Shown in pieces: positions 15,201-27,200 of a stretch of 64,000 bases of DNA. Both the position numbers and the translations under genes were made by a program. The DNA comes from Nageia nagi (taxonomy: Eukaryota > Plantae > Pinophyta), in assembly GCA_050084985.1 (NCBI GenBank), contig JBITNC010000001.1, forward strand, positions 47,430,001 through 47,494,000. Direction: 5' to 3'. Each line of letters begins with the position of its first letter. Positions within the stretch are counted from its first letter, which is position 1. The notes under the pieces are model-generated. The model searched no databases, was not told the origin of the DNA, and worked only from the letters and a program-made list of their open reading frames with translations.

Positions 15201-18200
15201 TTTGAAAAAGAAGTTGCAGCTATACATTGGCTTGGAGATCACTCACAAAGAGTGGATTGTTGTTTTGAAAAAGGCTTACCCGGATTTTGAAGCAAAACCA
15301 GTTTTTGTGCATATAAGGGTATGTTGGAGTGAAGAACATTCTTCAAGAATGGGAGATGATTGTTTTAAAAAGGCCAATTTCAATGTTGAAGAAGCAATGC
15401 TCATGAAAGGGTGTTGTGTTGAAGATGAAATGGAAGATGGTTCTCTTGTAAAAACAGATTTGCATATTGGAGAAGAATCACTCATAATGGAGTGTTTGTT
15501 TGAAGACCATGGGATGGATATATGTTTTGCAAAGTCAGATTTTGAAGATGTTCTTGTTGAGAAGACCATGGCTGATCCATTGTGAGATTCTTGCTCAGAT
15601 TTTATTGATGAAAATGAGGTAAAAGCTATTTGTACTATTCTTGATTTTTTGCTTGAGAAAGAAAAGAGTAAAGATTGTTTTATTGAAGAGGCAGCCATTG
15701 ATGATCCTCTTGTTGTAACGACAATGGGGACTGATTTTTTGAAGATTGTGGAGCATGAAATTTGTTTTGAAGAGGCAATGGACATTGGAGCTTATGGACC
15801 TGAAAATTGTTCTGTAAATAATTATTGTTTTGTAGAAACAATGTGTGGAGCAGTTGTGAATAAAAATTGTTGTGTAGGTGAAGCAAAGAGTCATGTAGCT
15901 TGCCTTGTTTAAGAGGCAATATTGAATGAAGAGGTATTGTGTGAAGAGAAACCAATGAGAGCACTTGCTTGTGTGAGGAAGGAGAATGTTGTTGAAGCAA
16001 AAATGAAGATTATGGATAGTTTTGTGGACTGTTTTGAAAGCATAAGTTGGTTGAGACATCTCTTTGTAAGAGGTGTACTTTATGCTCTTGACATTTGGGA
16101 GCTTTGCAAGAAGTTTTGTAAGAGGAAATCTACTGATTTGGATTGTGACAATAATTTGTTGTGCAAATTTGAGAGTGATGCTCCTTGTGTTTTTAATGTG
16201 GAGTTTAAGAACTCCTTGGAGCTTTTGATAGCTCAACTAATATGCAAAACTGATGTTCTCAGGTTTGTTCTTTTTCAGTTTTGAAGCATTGAAAGTGTGG
16301 TTAAGAAACAAATAGTTGTTGTGTGCAAATTGGCTGAGAATTATGTGAAAAGACAGTCATGTTTTATGGCTGGTCACTGTGTGCAAAATAGTATTTTGAT
16401 GTTGAATGCCAGTCATATTATGGCTGTGTTTTTGTTGTTGAAGACCAAGATTTTGTTGGAGAGCAACATTGTATTGAAGATCAATGTGTTGTTGAAGAGA
16501 AATGCTGAGTTGGTGCACCCAAGCACAATTGTAAGATTGACAAAACTTGCAATTTTATTTTTTGTTGTGAAAAGTTGTAACTGTGTTTTTTGTTGTCAAC
16601 CTTGTGTTGAAGAGCAAGGAGTCGTGAAATGGTTCTACAAAGAACTTGTGTTTAAGAGCAAGAATTTGTGAAATGGTTCTACAAAGAACATGTGAAGGTT
16701 GAAAATGTTTGTTGGGTGAAATTTGAAGATGTGGACAGTTATTTCCTGGCTGAGTTTGATGTTGGTTACTCATGGAGCAACTTTGTTGAAGTAGTTTTTG
16801 TTTGATCAACATGTAAAAAGATAGGAGAGTTTTGATGAAGGGGAAGTTGGTCATCAAAAGGTACCCATATTTTACTTGCAGGTGACAGCAAGCATGGAGG
16901 ACAGCTCATTTGAAGAGTGGACGTGTGGAGGGTGCCCAAACCAAATTTTGCAACTTCTACAATTTTTGTTACAAAATTGGAAGAGGCGTAAAAAGGCTAT
17001 TTCAATCCATGTGTCATGCTTCAGAATTTATTCATGAATCCATTCAGCATCAAGGGGGAGAATGTTGGAACCTGGACTTGATCAGACTTGAACATGACTT
17101 GAAAATCCGACCTCAAAACTGACCTTTTCCACTCTTTACCTAGAAACACAACCCTGACCGCATTTCATAAGTGCCAAACACAGCCCCGAGCATGTTTGCA
17201 ACCAAACGTGACCGCATTTCTGCAATGTTATTTCCAGGCATTATACTTCACCCAATTTTATGTTTTTTGCATTTTATCCAATTGTTTCACATTCGAGCTG
17301 TTTTGTTCTCTCTGGGATGTTATCTATTTAGGTATTAGCTTGCTCATGTAACGAGGTTAGATTTTGGACTGGATTGGATTGTTAGTGTGTAGCTTAGTGT
17401 GAGAGATCAAGTGAAGTGCGGTGTGTTGGATGTGAATTCTTACTGAACTCCATTCAAGTTTGTATATTTTGATTCTACTATTAACATGTACAATTCCATT
17501 ATGAGACTGCTCCATTGTTGATTCAGATTTATGAGTTTGTAAGATGTCTCCATTGCATATTTGAATATTATGAATGTTTGAGTTTATTGAATCTATTCAG
17601 ATTCTTCATCCAAACCTTGCAACTCTATATACATAAGTTTAGGACTACTAGCTCAGATATCTCAAATGCACATCTGACAAATGCTGGGATGTTTCAATCA
17701 TGAGGTTCCTATCTTATATTTTCATTTTAACCAAATAAAAATAGTCTTTATCATTCTTTTCTATGTTTCATTATAGTAATCATTAGCAATCCATCAGCTT
17801 AAAAACAATATATATAATTAATTACCACAGTATATCAAGAGAAAAATAGCAGATTTGATAGTTGAAAGAAAACCCAATATTCAATCCAAAACTTAAACAA
17901 TTTTCATGCTTTAAAACTAAATAGTATTTTTCAAATCTTACAACTAGGGGAAGTTCAAAATGTTCGCAAATACAAAACACTATTAAAAGTTTTAATTAGT
18001 TTGCACAATCATAGATTCAACAACACCATTAAAGAGCTTCAATTGGAATCACCACTATTAAATGAGCTTCAACCACTTCTTTTACACGCTTACAGAAACT
18101 TTGCTACCAAGGCATAACTCCCTTAAATGCTTTAAACTTCAATTCATTTCTTAACTGCCATTACACAAGTTGTGTGCATACATGCCCATAATTTCTTCCC

Positions 18201-21200
18201 ATATTCACACAGATCAAACACATACTGATTTGCATTCTCCCAAAAGATTCTAAGGCCATCTTCAGCTATTAAAAAGGACTTGGAATATAATAGACCATTA
18301 GAATTTTGACATGACTGCAAGCAAATGGCTTTCTGTTAAGAGAATATAATTAGCATTTCCAAAGAGATACAGCAACATGTACCAAGGCAGACTGTCTAAA
18401 TATGGTAAGCACTACTTGTGAAGAATAAATATATATTTGACAAAAAACACGGAGAAGTAAAATCAAGAATATATTCCAAATCTCTGAGAAGTTAAACATG
18501 TTTTTGAACTAAAGCATAGCACTACATACCCAACATATAGCATGCCAATGATTGCCACCACAATGACAAGAAGCACAAGCACACAAAGTTGTGCGCCAGT
18601 ACCCACCAATGCTGACAACAAGACCAGATTTTTTGGCGGTCTGAAAACATCTCCATGAACAAGCTTCCAGCCTGATTCTTCACTACCATCTCTGTCCTGC
18701 ATGTAGTAAGTTGAAGAAATTAGACTTAAGTGTGTCCTTGGATCTAAAATGTCATGACCATGAAGAAATTTAACATAGCTATATGCTGTTATTTTATGAA
18801 GTACATGTAGAAGTTCATCTGAAGCTGGTACAGACAACATCAGATATTCCACTCTAAAGAATTATGAAATACTGTAAAAGAATCAAACACGATAAAATTC
18901 CACATGAAGCAATCATTGAAGCAAAACTAGAAAAGAATTATGCACAAGAATATGGGTGGGCAGTTAAGCCCTAAAAGTATATCATAATAATGATCGAACA
19001 TGATACAAACGATGGCAGAACTCCTACCAATTCATGTGACCTAACCACAACCATTGGATTGCACAATAATACATTTTAATCTCAATGATTGACCAATCAC
19101 CAATACAGTACATATTAAAGAGGAGATACACACTTGGCCCTAATATTCATTAAAACATGTGCCTATAAACATAAGGCTGAAACTAAGCCCAACTTAACAT
19201 CCAACACCCTCCCTTAAGTTGGACTTAGGGGGACCAACATCTGATAAAGAGGTGAAGATGTCATCATTCCAACACCCTCCCTTGATGATAGCTTCTTTCA
19301 AATTCTCAAGCATCTCAATCATCTATCTTGAACAAACAATAGCATCCTCTAGTAATGATTTGGTGAAGATGTTGTAACATCCTAAATATTTTCCAGCCTT
19401 GTATATAATGTGTTTTCGTATTTTTGGAGTCATTGTAAACCCTAAAAGAGGTATATCTACCCTTGAGGGGTTATTTGGGAGTGTTTGTTATGTTTTATTG
19501 TCAAAATATGGGTTAGTTGTGTTAGTATATGGGTTAGTAGAGTTAGTCAAAGTGTTATGAGGGTTTTTGTATCAAAACAAAGTTATCTTATATGCATTTG
19601 GTATAGTGACATTTTTGAAAGTTATTATAATTTATTTTATTTCTTCATTGTGTGGGTCCCAGGTGACTTAAGTGACTTTAAGTGATCTCAACATAATATT
19701 ATATCACAACCATTGGATCTTATGAGAATGAGATATAATCTCAGCCCTCCATAGTTAAATCTAAGGCTAGAATTTATTATCACATTAGGGTGTAAGGTAT
19801 AAAAGTGTTTTACAGCTTCATTTGTTGTGGTTGATGTTTTGATATTGAATTGGAGAATTCTCAGAATTCTTGGGCTCTTGGAGACTGTTGGAAGTATTTC
19901 TCAGAGATTTGGGGTTCCCATTGGATCAAACCAGTGGAGGCTAGGCTCTACCCAATCAGATCCAACAAACCCACATCACGGTTTGTGATCCGGGGATACT
20001 ATGTGAAGCAAATCTGGAGAATAAGGTCAGATCAGTCATTGGAAGAAAAATCAGAAGTTTATAGACAGTAAACCAGCCTTTGGAGGCAAGGAAAGTGTGA
20101 CATCAGCCTAGAGAAAATAGCCTTGCAAGCTAGAAAGACCAGATCTGCATTAGGAGGCCAGAAGTCAACCTAAGGAGAGGTTATTTGCAGGTTTCAAGGC
20201 ATTAAACAGCCCCAGCCAGCAAGACATCTCAGCTTGAGGCGTAGAGGAAGCTTTTGATAGGTGTAAAAGTGCAGGATCAACATTCAAGAGGTGTGATTTG
20301 GTGTTTAGAGGTGTGTTTCAGCTTGTTTGGTGTGTGATCTTTTAGTTTTCATCTGCTATATTTGCAGTAAGAGTTTTGTATGTGAAGAAAATAAATAAAA
20401 ATAAAAAATATTTCAGCTCTGTGTTTGTTTTCAGTATTTCTGTTCTGGGTATTTTGTATTTTTGTGTTTGACACATTTTAAATGTCCACCAACTAATCCT
20501 TATGAAACACACCAAATACAAATGCACACAAACCAATAATAATTCCACAGGGCAAAATCTGATTTCTTTTATATTTTGTCTTTTCAATAAAGAAAGCTTG
20601 CAACTACAGCAGATTATAGGTAACAGAGACAATGCATTACAATTGTAAGTAAGCAAGACAACTATAGATCACTAAACACACCTCGAAGAGTTGTTCAAAC
20701 AGCTTTAACACCATCAAAACTCAAAACAAACCCCACAAGAACTGGACAAACAGCTGTATTATCGTCTCCAAGCTAGACCACTGCTGGACAGATTTCTTAG
20801 AGTTGTTTTCAGTCAATTATCTCAGCAAATAACACCCTCAGGCCTCTATCCTGCTGAACAAAAGTTGATATGCCCAAAATTGTGCCAACAGTGGATTGTC
20901 TTCACCAAAGCTAAGCATGAACATGGCTCCCTTGACAATTCTGGCCCTTACAACCTACAAAACAGTCCTCTCAAGGCTGACATCTTACTCCAATAGCCTC
21001 CAAAGGCTGGGTCTCTGCTCATAAGCTTCTACCTTGCCCTCCAATAGGCAGATCTACACTTCAGCTTCAATGATGCTCCTCAAATCAAGCCCAAATCACC
21101 AACCCTGATGTGGATTGGTCAGATCTAATTGAATAGATAGCTCTAGGATCTTATCCTTCAAGCCTCCATTGAATTGATCTCCAATGTGAACCCCAAAAAT

Positions 21201-24200
21201 ACTTCAGCAAAATGCAAGAGTCCAAAAGAGCAAAGCTCTTCCAAATTCCAAATTCACCCCCTCCAAAGGACCAACTCTTCCTCTTAAATAGACATGGAAC
21301 TCTTAATTTAAGCCTCTTGACAGTTACAAAAGAAAGCCTCATAACAGTTACAAATCCTTTCCTATGGCAGTTACAAAAGCATTAAATAATACCTTAAACT
21401 TTGACCTCATAACAGTTACTTTTGCCAAAATGGCAGTTACAAATACTAGAGACATTTAATACTGCCTTATCATCCAAACCATCGAGCTAAAAACGTGTAC
21501 CAAGTCAATGACATTATTCAATACCTTTTTTCTTATCCCAAAACTATTCTAAATACATAACCAACTCCCTAAACACTTATACTAACAATATAGCTACTCA
21601 AAACACACTAACCCACCCCTTAGAGTCCCAGAAACACAACAAAACATAAATTTGAAATGTTTACAAGGCTGAAAATATTTTGGGACATTACACCTTCAGA
21701 TGTCCACCAACACTTCTTATGATTTTGCTTCCCACAATAACAGCATCCCTTCTCGTCCTTAGGTCCATCATCCTTCTTGTTATCTTCGTCCCTCTTTTTT
21801 GCCTTTCCATTTGCCTTGAGACTTACCCTCGCCATTTTTTACCAAAAGAGCTTGACTTTTGCCAAGAGTCCCACTGCCTTTTTCAACTTCATTTTGAAGA
21901 AGTTCTTGAAGCCTCATAAACATGGGAAGCTCTTTAAAACTACCAAGCTTCATCTTTGTTCACACAAAATGCCCAAAAATGCTAGGCAAATTATCAAAAA
22001 TGCTCTCAACAATTTTATTTGTGTTAGTCTCCTACCGCCTACAATCTTAATTAAATTGTACATGAAAAATTCTATTCAAAAAAGCATTCATCAATTCAAA
22101 ATCCTACAATCTAATGGACGTTGACTTTTTGTGGAACCCAACAATCCTATCGACTGATGTCTTCCCAAATAGCTCATTCAACCTTTCCCATAGGTCCTTT
22201 GGGTTGGTTTGGTGCTCATTAGCCAAATAGCACAACTTTGAATTCATGTTCATAACTATCATCCATGCAATTTCATTATTTTCCTCTATCACCTTTTTTT
22301 GTAAAAGTTTTCACAATAGTATCTCCAACTTAAGAGCAATCAAGACCAACTTCACCTCATTTGTCCAATTTAGAAAGTATCCCACTTCAAGCGATCTGGA
22401 ATATGCCACTAAGTTTGCAATATTTTTTGAAAATTTGTTACTAAACAAAGAAAATATACTACACCAATGTGTAGAGCTTGAAAAAATTGGTAAAATAATT
22501 TTAAAGAAAAATCACCATCAATGTCCTCATAAATCAAAAGTTGTAGCCTCCAGAAGTTTGCAAAAAAAAGAGCCCAAATTACCCAAAAAATGTCCAAAAA
22601 AAAAGTGAAAAATATCATTGGGATATCTTTGGATATGAATTCAAAGGGTAAATTTGTTGGAAAGGTGATGCTGATCTAGGATGAAAAATACAAAACGTGA
22701 CTCACATTCTTGTATTACACAAGTATCATCTTAGTCATCCACTTCAATATTGTAACTGTATTTGTAACTATAACTATGTATATTCTTTATTATGACATCT
22801 AGGTAGAAGAACATGTGCCTGAAGGGAAGACAAAATGTAATTACAAATCCCTGCAACAATGTAGTATTAGTTGGTAGTTGTAGATTGTATGTAAGAATCA
22901 GTTAATCAGATCTTTGCGTGTGTGTAGCTTGTATTTCATTCTTGTTGTGTAACAGAGTAATTAAAAACAGTCGTTTATGCTCTGTTCTGTGTTAAGTTTT
23001 TGACGTGTGTATGCTGAATTAGACTTAGTTTAACCATTTGGAACTCAATTCTGCGAGTGTAAACCCATTTCAGCCACTATTCCCAGAATGCACATGTTTT
23101 AGCACCCCTCTCCCATAATGATCACATTCTAGTACTAGGCAGTTTTCAAGTTCAATTAAGGGTCTTGGGTGATTTTTGGGTTCGATTGAGTCTAAATTTT
23201 ACATAAATGACAAAATTTGAAGAAGTGTGAAAATATGCAAATAATTTCACAAAATTTGTCAAGATATCTTAAGTTTTGTAATTTCTCAAAAATCTCATTT
23301 TGGCGATATCTATCTCTCAATCCAACCATTGAAATGAGCTGGAATTTGAACCAAAAGTTCACACATCCTCTTCAACTCCATCCAACAGATTTCACAAATA
23401 ACATCCCAGACTCCCAAAAATGCAAAATGCCCTTGTAGAAAAAACATATCTCTTCAGTCAATCTTCGATGGAATCTCCAAATAGCTACAGTATCATGAAG
23501 AATTATGCAATATTGTCAAAAAAATCAAACAATGTAAAAATTCCACACAAAATAGTAATTGAAGTAAAAATAGAGAGGAATAATGCACAAGAATATGGAT
23601 GGGTGGTTAAGCCCTAAAAGAATATCACAATAATGATCGAACATAATACACATGATGGCTAGAGGCACCTTTAAATAGGCACAAGAACTCCTACCAATCC
23701 ATATGAGTTAACCATAATCATTGAGTTACACAATAATATGTTTTAATCTCAATCATTGGTTAATCACCAATACATCACATATTAAATAGGAGTTAAGCAA
23801 TTGCCCCTAGTATTTATAAATACTTATGTGCTAATAACACAAAGCCCACACTAAGTTGAGCTTAACATCCAACAACCTTCCTGAGTTAGACTTACGGGGA
23901 TGACATTTGATAAAAAGGTGAAGGTGTCAACATTCCGACACCCTCTACATCCATCGTCCATGATAAGAGAGCTCATTCAATGAAGCTTCCATCAACTATA
24001 CCTATAATATAGCCCAAAATATGCTAACATTAATAAAGTGCTACTATATTGAACAAGGCAATAATCCAAAAGTTACAAACTAATTGATCATATCCACTAA
24101 TCTATGTCTCCATTGTTTATTAGTTATTACTCATTCTTTCCCAGCTCACCAAAGGCACATCTTATCAAATCATTTAGCAACGAGAACACATAGCAGTTAT

Positions 24201-27200
24201 AGCTCTAAAATGCATAAAGGAAAACTCAAGAAAACAAATAATTGGAACACAGCAATAGCAATCCAAAACTCACCAGTGTTTCTAGATCATCATCTTCACG
24301 GGCATACTTTGCATAGTCGTTCCTCAAAGTGCGCATCATGATCATTGAAACTAAACCAGCGAGGAAAATAACCATCATGAAGGAATTGAAGATTGAAAAC
24401 CAATGGATCTGTTCACAATATCAAGAGTTAGTAACTTAAGTATCCTAATCAAAGAATAAAAACCCAACAGACCACATCCATTCTACATACTTTAACTTAA
24501 TAGTTCAAAGATTTCGTAACACACCAAGCTGTAGCTTACTATCATATCATCCACAATTGATATGGGTAGGTAACTTTGGCTTTAGCCAATGGGGATTGGA
24601 TAGGATTATTTTCTAAATTAAGAAAACCGAAGAAAGCTATGGATAAGTTAACACAATCAAGTTAAGAATAACCAATTTGATTAAAGTCTTAAGAGCTTTT
24701 CATATCCATTCTTTTTTTATATATTTTGCTGTCACGTGGGCAAACTATTGGATATCAATTACTGAGCACAACATAATATTTGTCATATGGAACTAATAGC
24801 AGCGGAACATATAGTTACCCAATTTACAGCCTTCTAGAACTCATGTTCCTTTACGAAGTTTAGGTTGTACTGATGAGTCAACTACATATTACAACTGGAT
24901 CACGGGTTAAGTTGCATATGATGGAGAGATCTTTGTGAAGAACCACAAGAAAATCTTATGTAGATTGTAAAAGACACAGAATACATCAACTTCATAGAAT
25001 CCATTTAGCACAATAATCTTCTCTAACAATGTTGGAACTCCCCAGTTATGGGGAATCATACAAGTATGCACACAATTTGTAATCCCAACTAAGGAGAGGA
25101 AGCGCAACAACAGAAAGAACTAAACCTCCTAATTTTCTGCAGTTATATTTAGTGCAACAAGCTTCTGGGAAATCTGTGTTAAGTACTTTTGAATCAACAT
25201 TGTAGGCCATATTCCTTGACTGTTCTTCAGAATCACAAATAACAACTGGTTGCCGAGTCTGAAGGTTTAATAAATTGTGTTAAAGGTGTTAAACAATTTG
25301 TTATACCAAGACATCCAAAAGTCATATATTTGAAATTAATTAAAAAAATTAAAAATGAATGAGGCAATCTCTCTTTTATTTAATCTTTTAAAAATTAATT
25401 AGCCATTTTAAATTTATCTTTATTTTGATACAATTGTTAATTGAGACAACCACAAACTAATCTACTAAAAGTCTCTTCATTAGTTACGATGATATATATT
25501 TAATCTAGGATTCTAGATCTGTATTTTTTTTTCAAGTCAAAAGTGGCATCCTCAGGTCTCCCACCCTTTAATACATTCCCTATCGGAAAAAATAAAAGAA
25601 TAAGGCATCTCCAACCCAGAGAGAAATACAGCATCTCCACAAATGGAGAGCGAACAGGATTTAGACAATTCAAAAATATTTGGAAAAAAACAGAAAATTA
25701 TATCCCAAATTTGGATAAAAATTGAAATCGAAAGAGTTGCTAACACTCCTCGTTTTTTTAATCTAGACCCATATTTTTACATTGCTTTATTTTAGGAATT
25801 AATTTTGCAGATGGTCTGAGAATCTGACTTAAGACATCCATCATCCCTATTAAATTTGTTTAGATATTACTCTGTTTTAGTGCCTTCTCTTAAGCAATAT
25901 TTGGAATAATGGAAAATCAGCACAATTACATTAGCTTTTCATTGTCACTCAGGTTAGATTGATAGTTTTTCCAATGTCTTTTATTACTCTCAATTTGTTA
26001 TTTTGATTTTCAATTTCCCTAACTGCAAAACATCATTCAATTTGCCTTAAGGAATAAACTGACACAAAAATCCAAATTTTGTTGGTAGTTGACCCGTATT
26101 GCTAGCATTTACAGCTCAATGTTGCCTCCTATGGTTAGTGGGTCATGTTCAATATTTCAGTACTGCCAACCTTTTAATCATTTCTGGAACTCCGGTTAAC
26201 CAAAAACTAGTCCATAAACATGCGGGAAGTTGTGCAGCATTCTCCCCTCAAAGCGAAGTACCATGCCGTAATATTGCATCCCTTGAGAACCTAATGAAGT
26301 GAATATCATTGTTAGGCAGGTCTCAATCCATCTTTCTCTGCATGGCTTGAGGTTAAGATGGTGTGTTGCCTTGATTACCAAATATATCACTGTCAATTAA
26401 GACATATTTTATTTGCTTAATACATAAGCCTTCTTCCCATTTAATTTAATTCTTCTTTGTCTGTTTTTCTGACTTCAGTAGTATAGCAACTTTTAAAATA
26501 GGATTGATTTCTATGATGTTGAAGAAGTCTGAGGCTACCTAGGGCTTGAAGGGAAGGATAATATTGTTTCTTTTTCTTTTTTTTCAAACTTTAAGGTGAA
26601 TATAAAGGTAAAAATAATTTGATCTCCAAAACTATCTTGCAATTTAGACACTTTGAATCAAACCTGCACTTTATTTGCACCATTCCGAGAGAACAAGAGA
26701 ATTGGAGAAGAAGGGAAGATGGCACTACATTTGATGGAAGAGAATGTCAAGAAGGTACTGATGCCTGGGAGACAGAAGGATGGACTGCTACAACCTGTTT
26801 AAACATGTGTAGGCCACATGTAGTTCATGTACGCACATACCACAGTTGTAAGTACCATTCCTTTCATGTGCATTAATGGTAGGTATGATCAACATTTTTG
26901 GCAGAAGATTGGCAGTTTCTTGGACCATCAACAAATGATAACAAACGACCGAGCTAATTTACACTGACAATGTTGAGGACTGTGCTGACAGCTTTGAAGA
27001 CTACCACTCCTGACAGGTTGTGGTCACTGTGGACATATTGAGATGAATGTAATTGGGATGGGTACTTCATTTTTGTTCAGTAGTCGGACATTACAGGTAC
27101 TTACACAATTTAACTATCTTTTAGGCATATAAAGAGGACTTGGGAGCTCAAGACTGAATAACTTTTGCTTGTAGGTAACAGATATTGATAACTGATATAT

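Noticed and set aside
14399-16236. Long minus-strand ORFs (202, 169, 213 aa)
   Set aside because: Antisense shadows of the G/T-skewed + strand coding region of the LTR element
22655-23040. Possible solo LTR inside the intron-7 copia
   Set aside because: TGTTGG start and LTR-like composition, but no definable end or TSD
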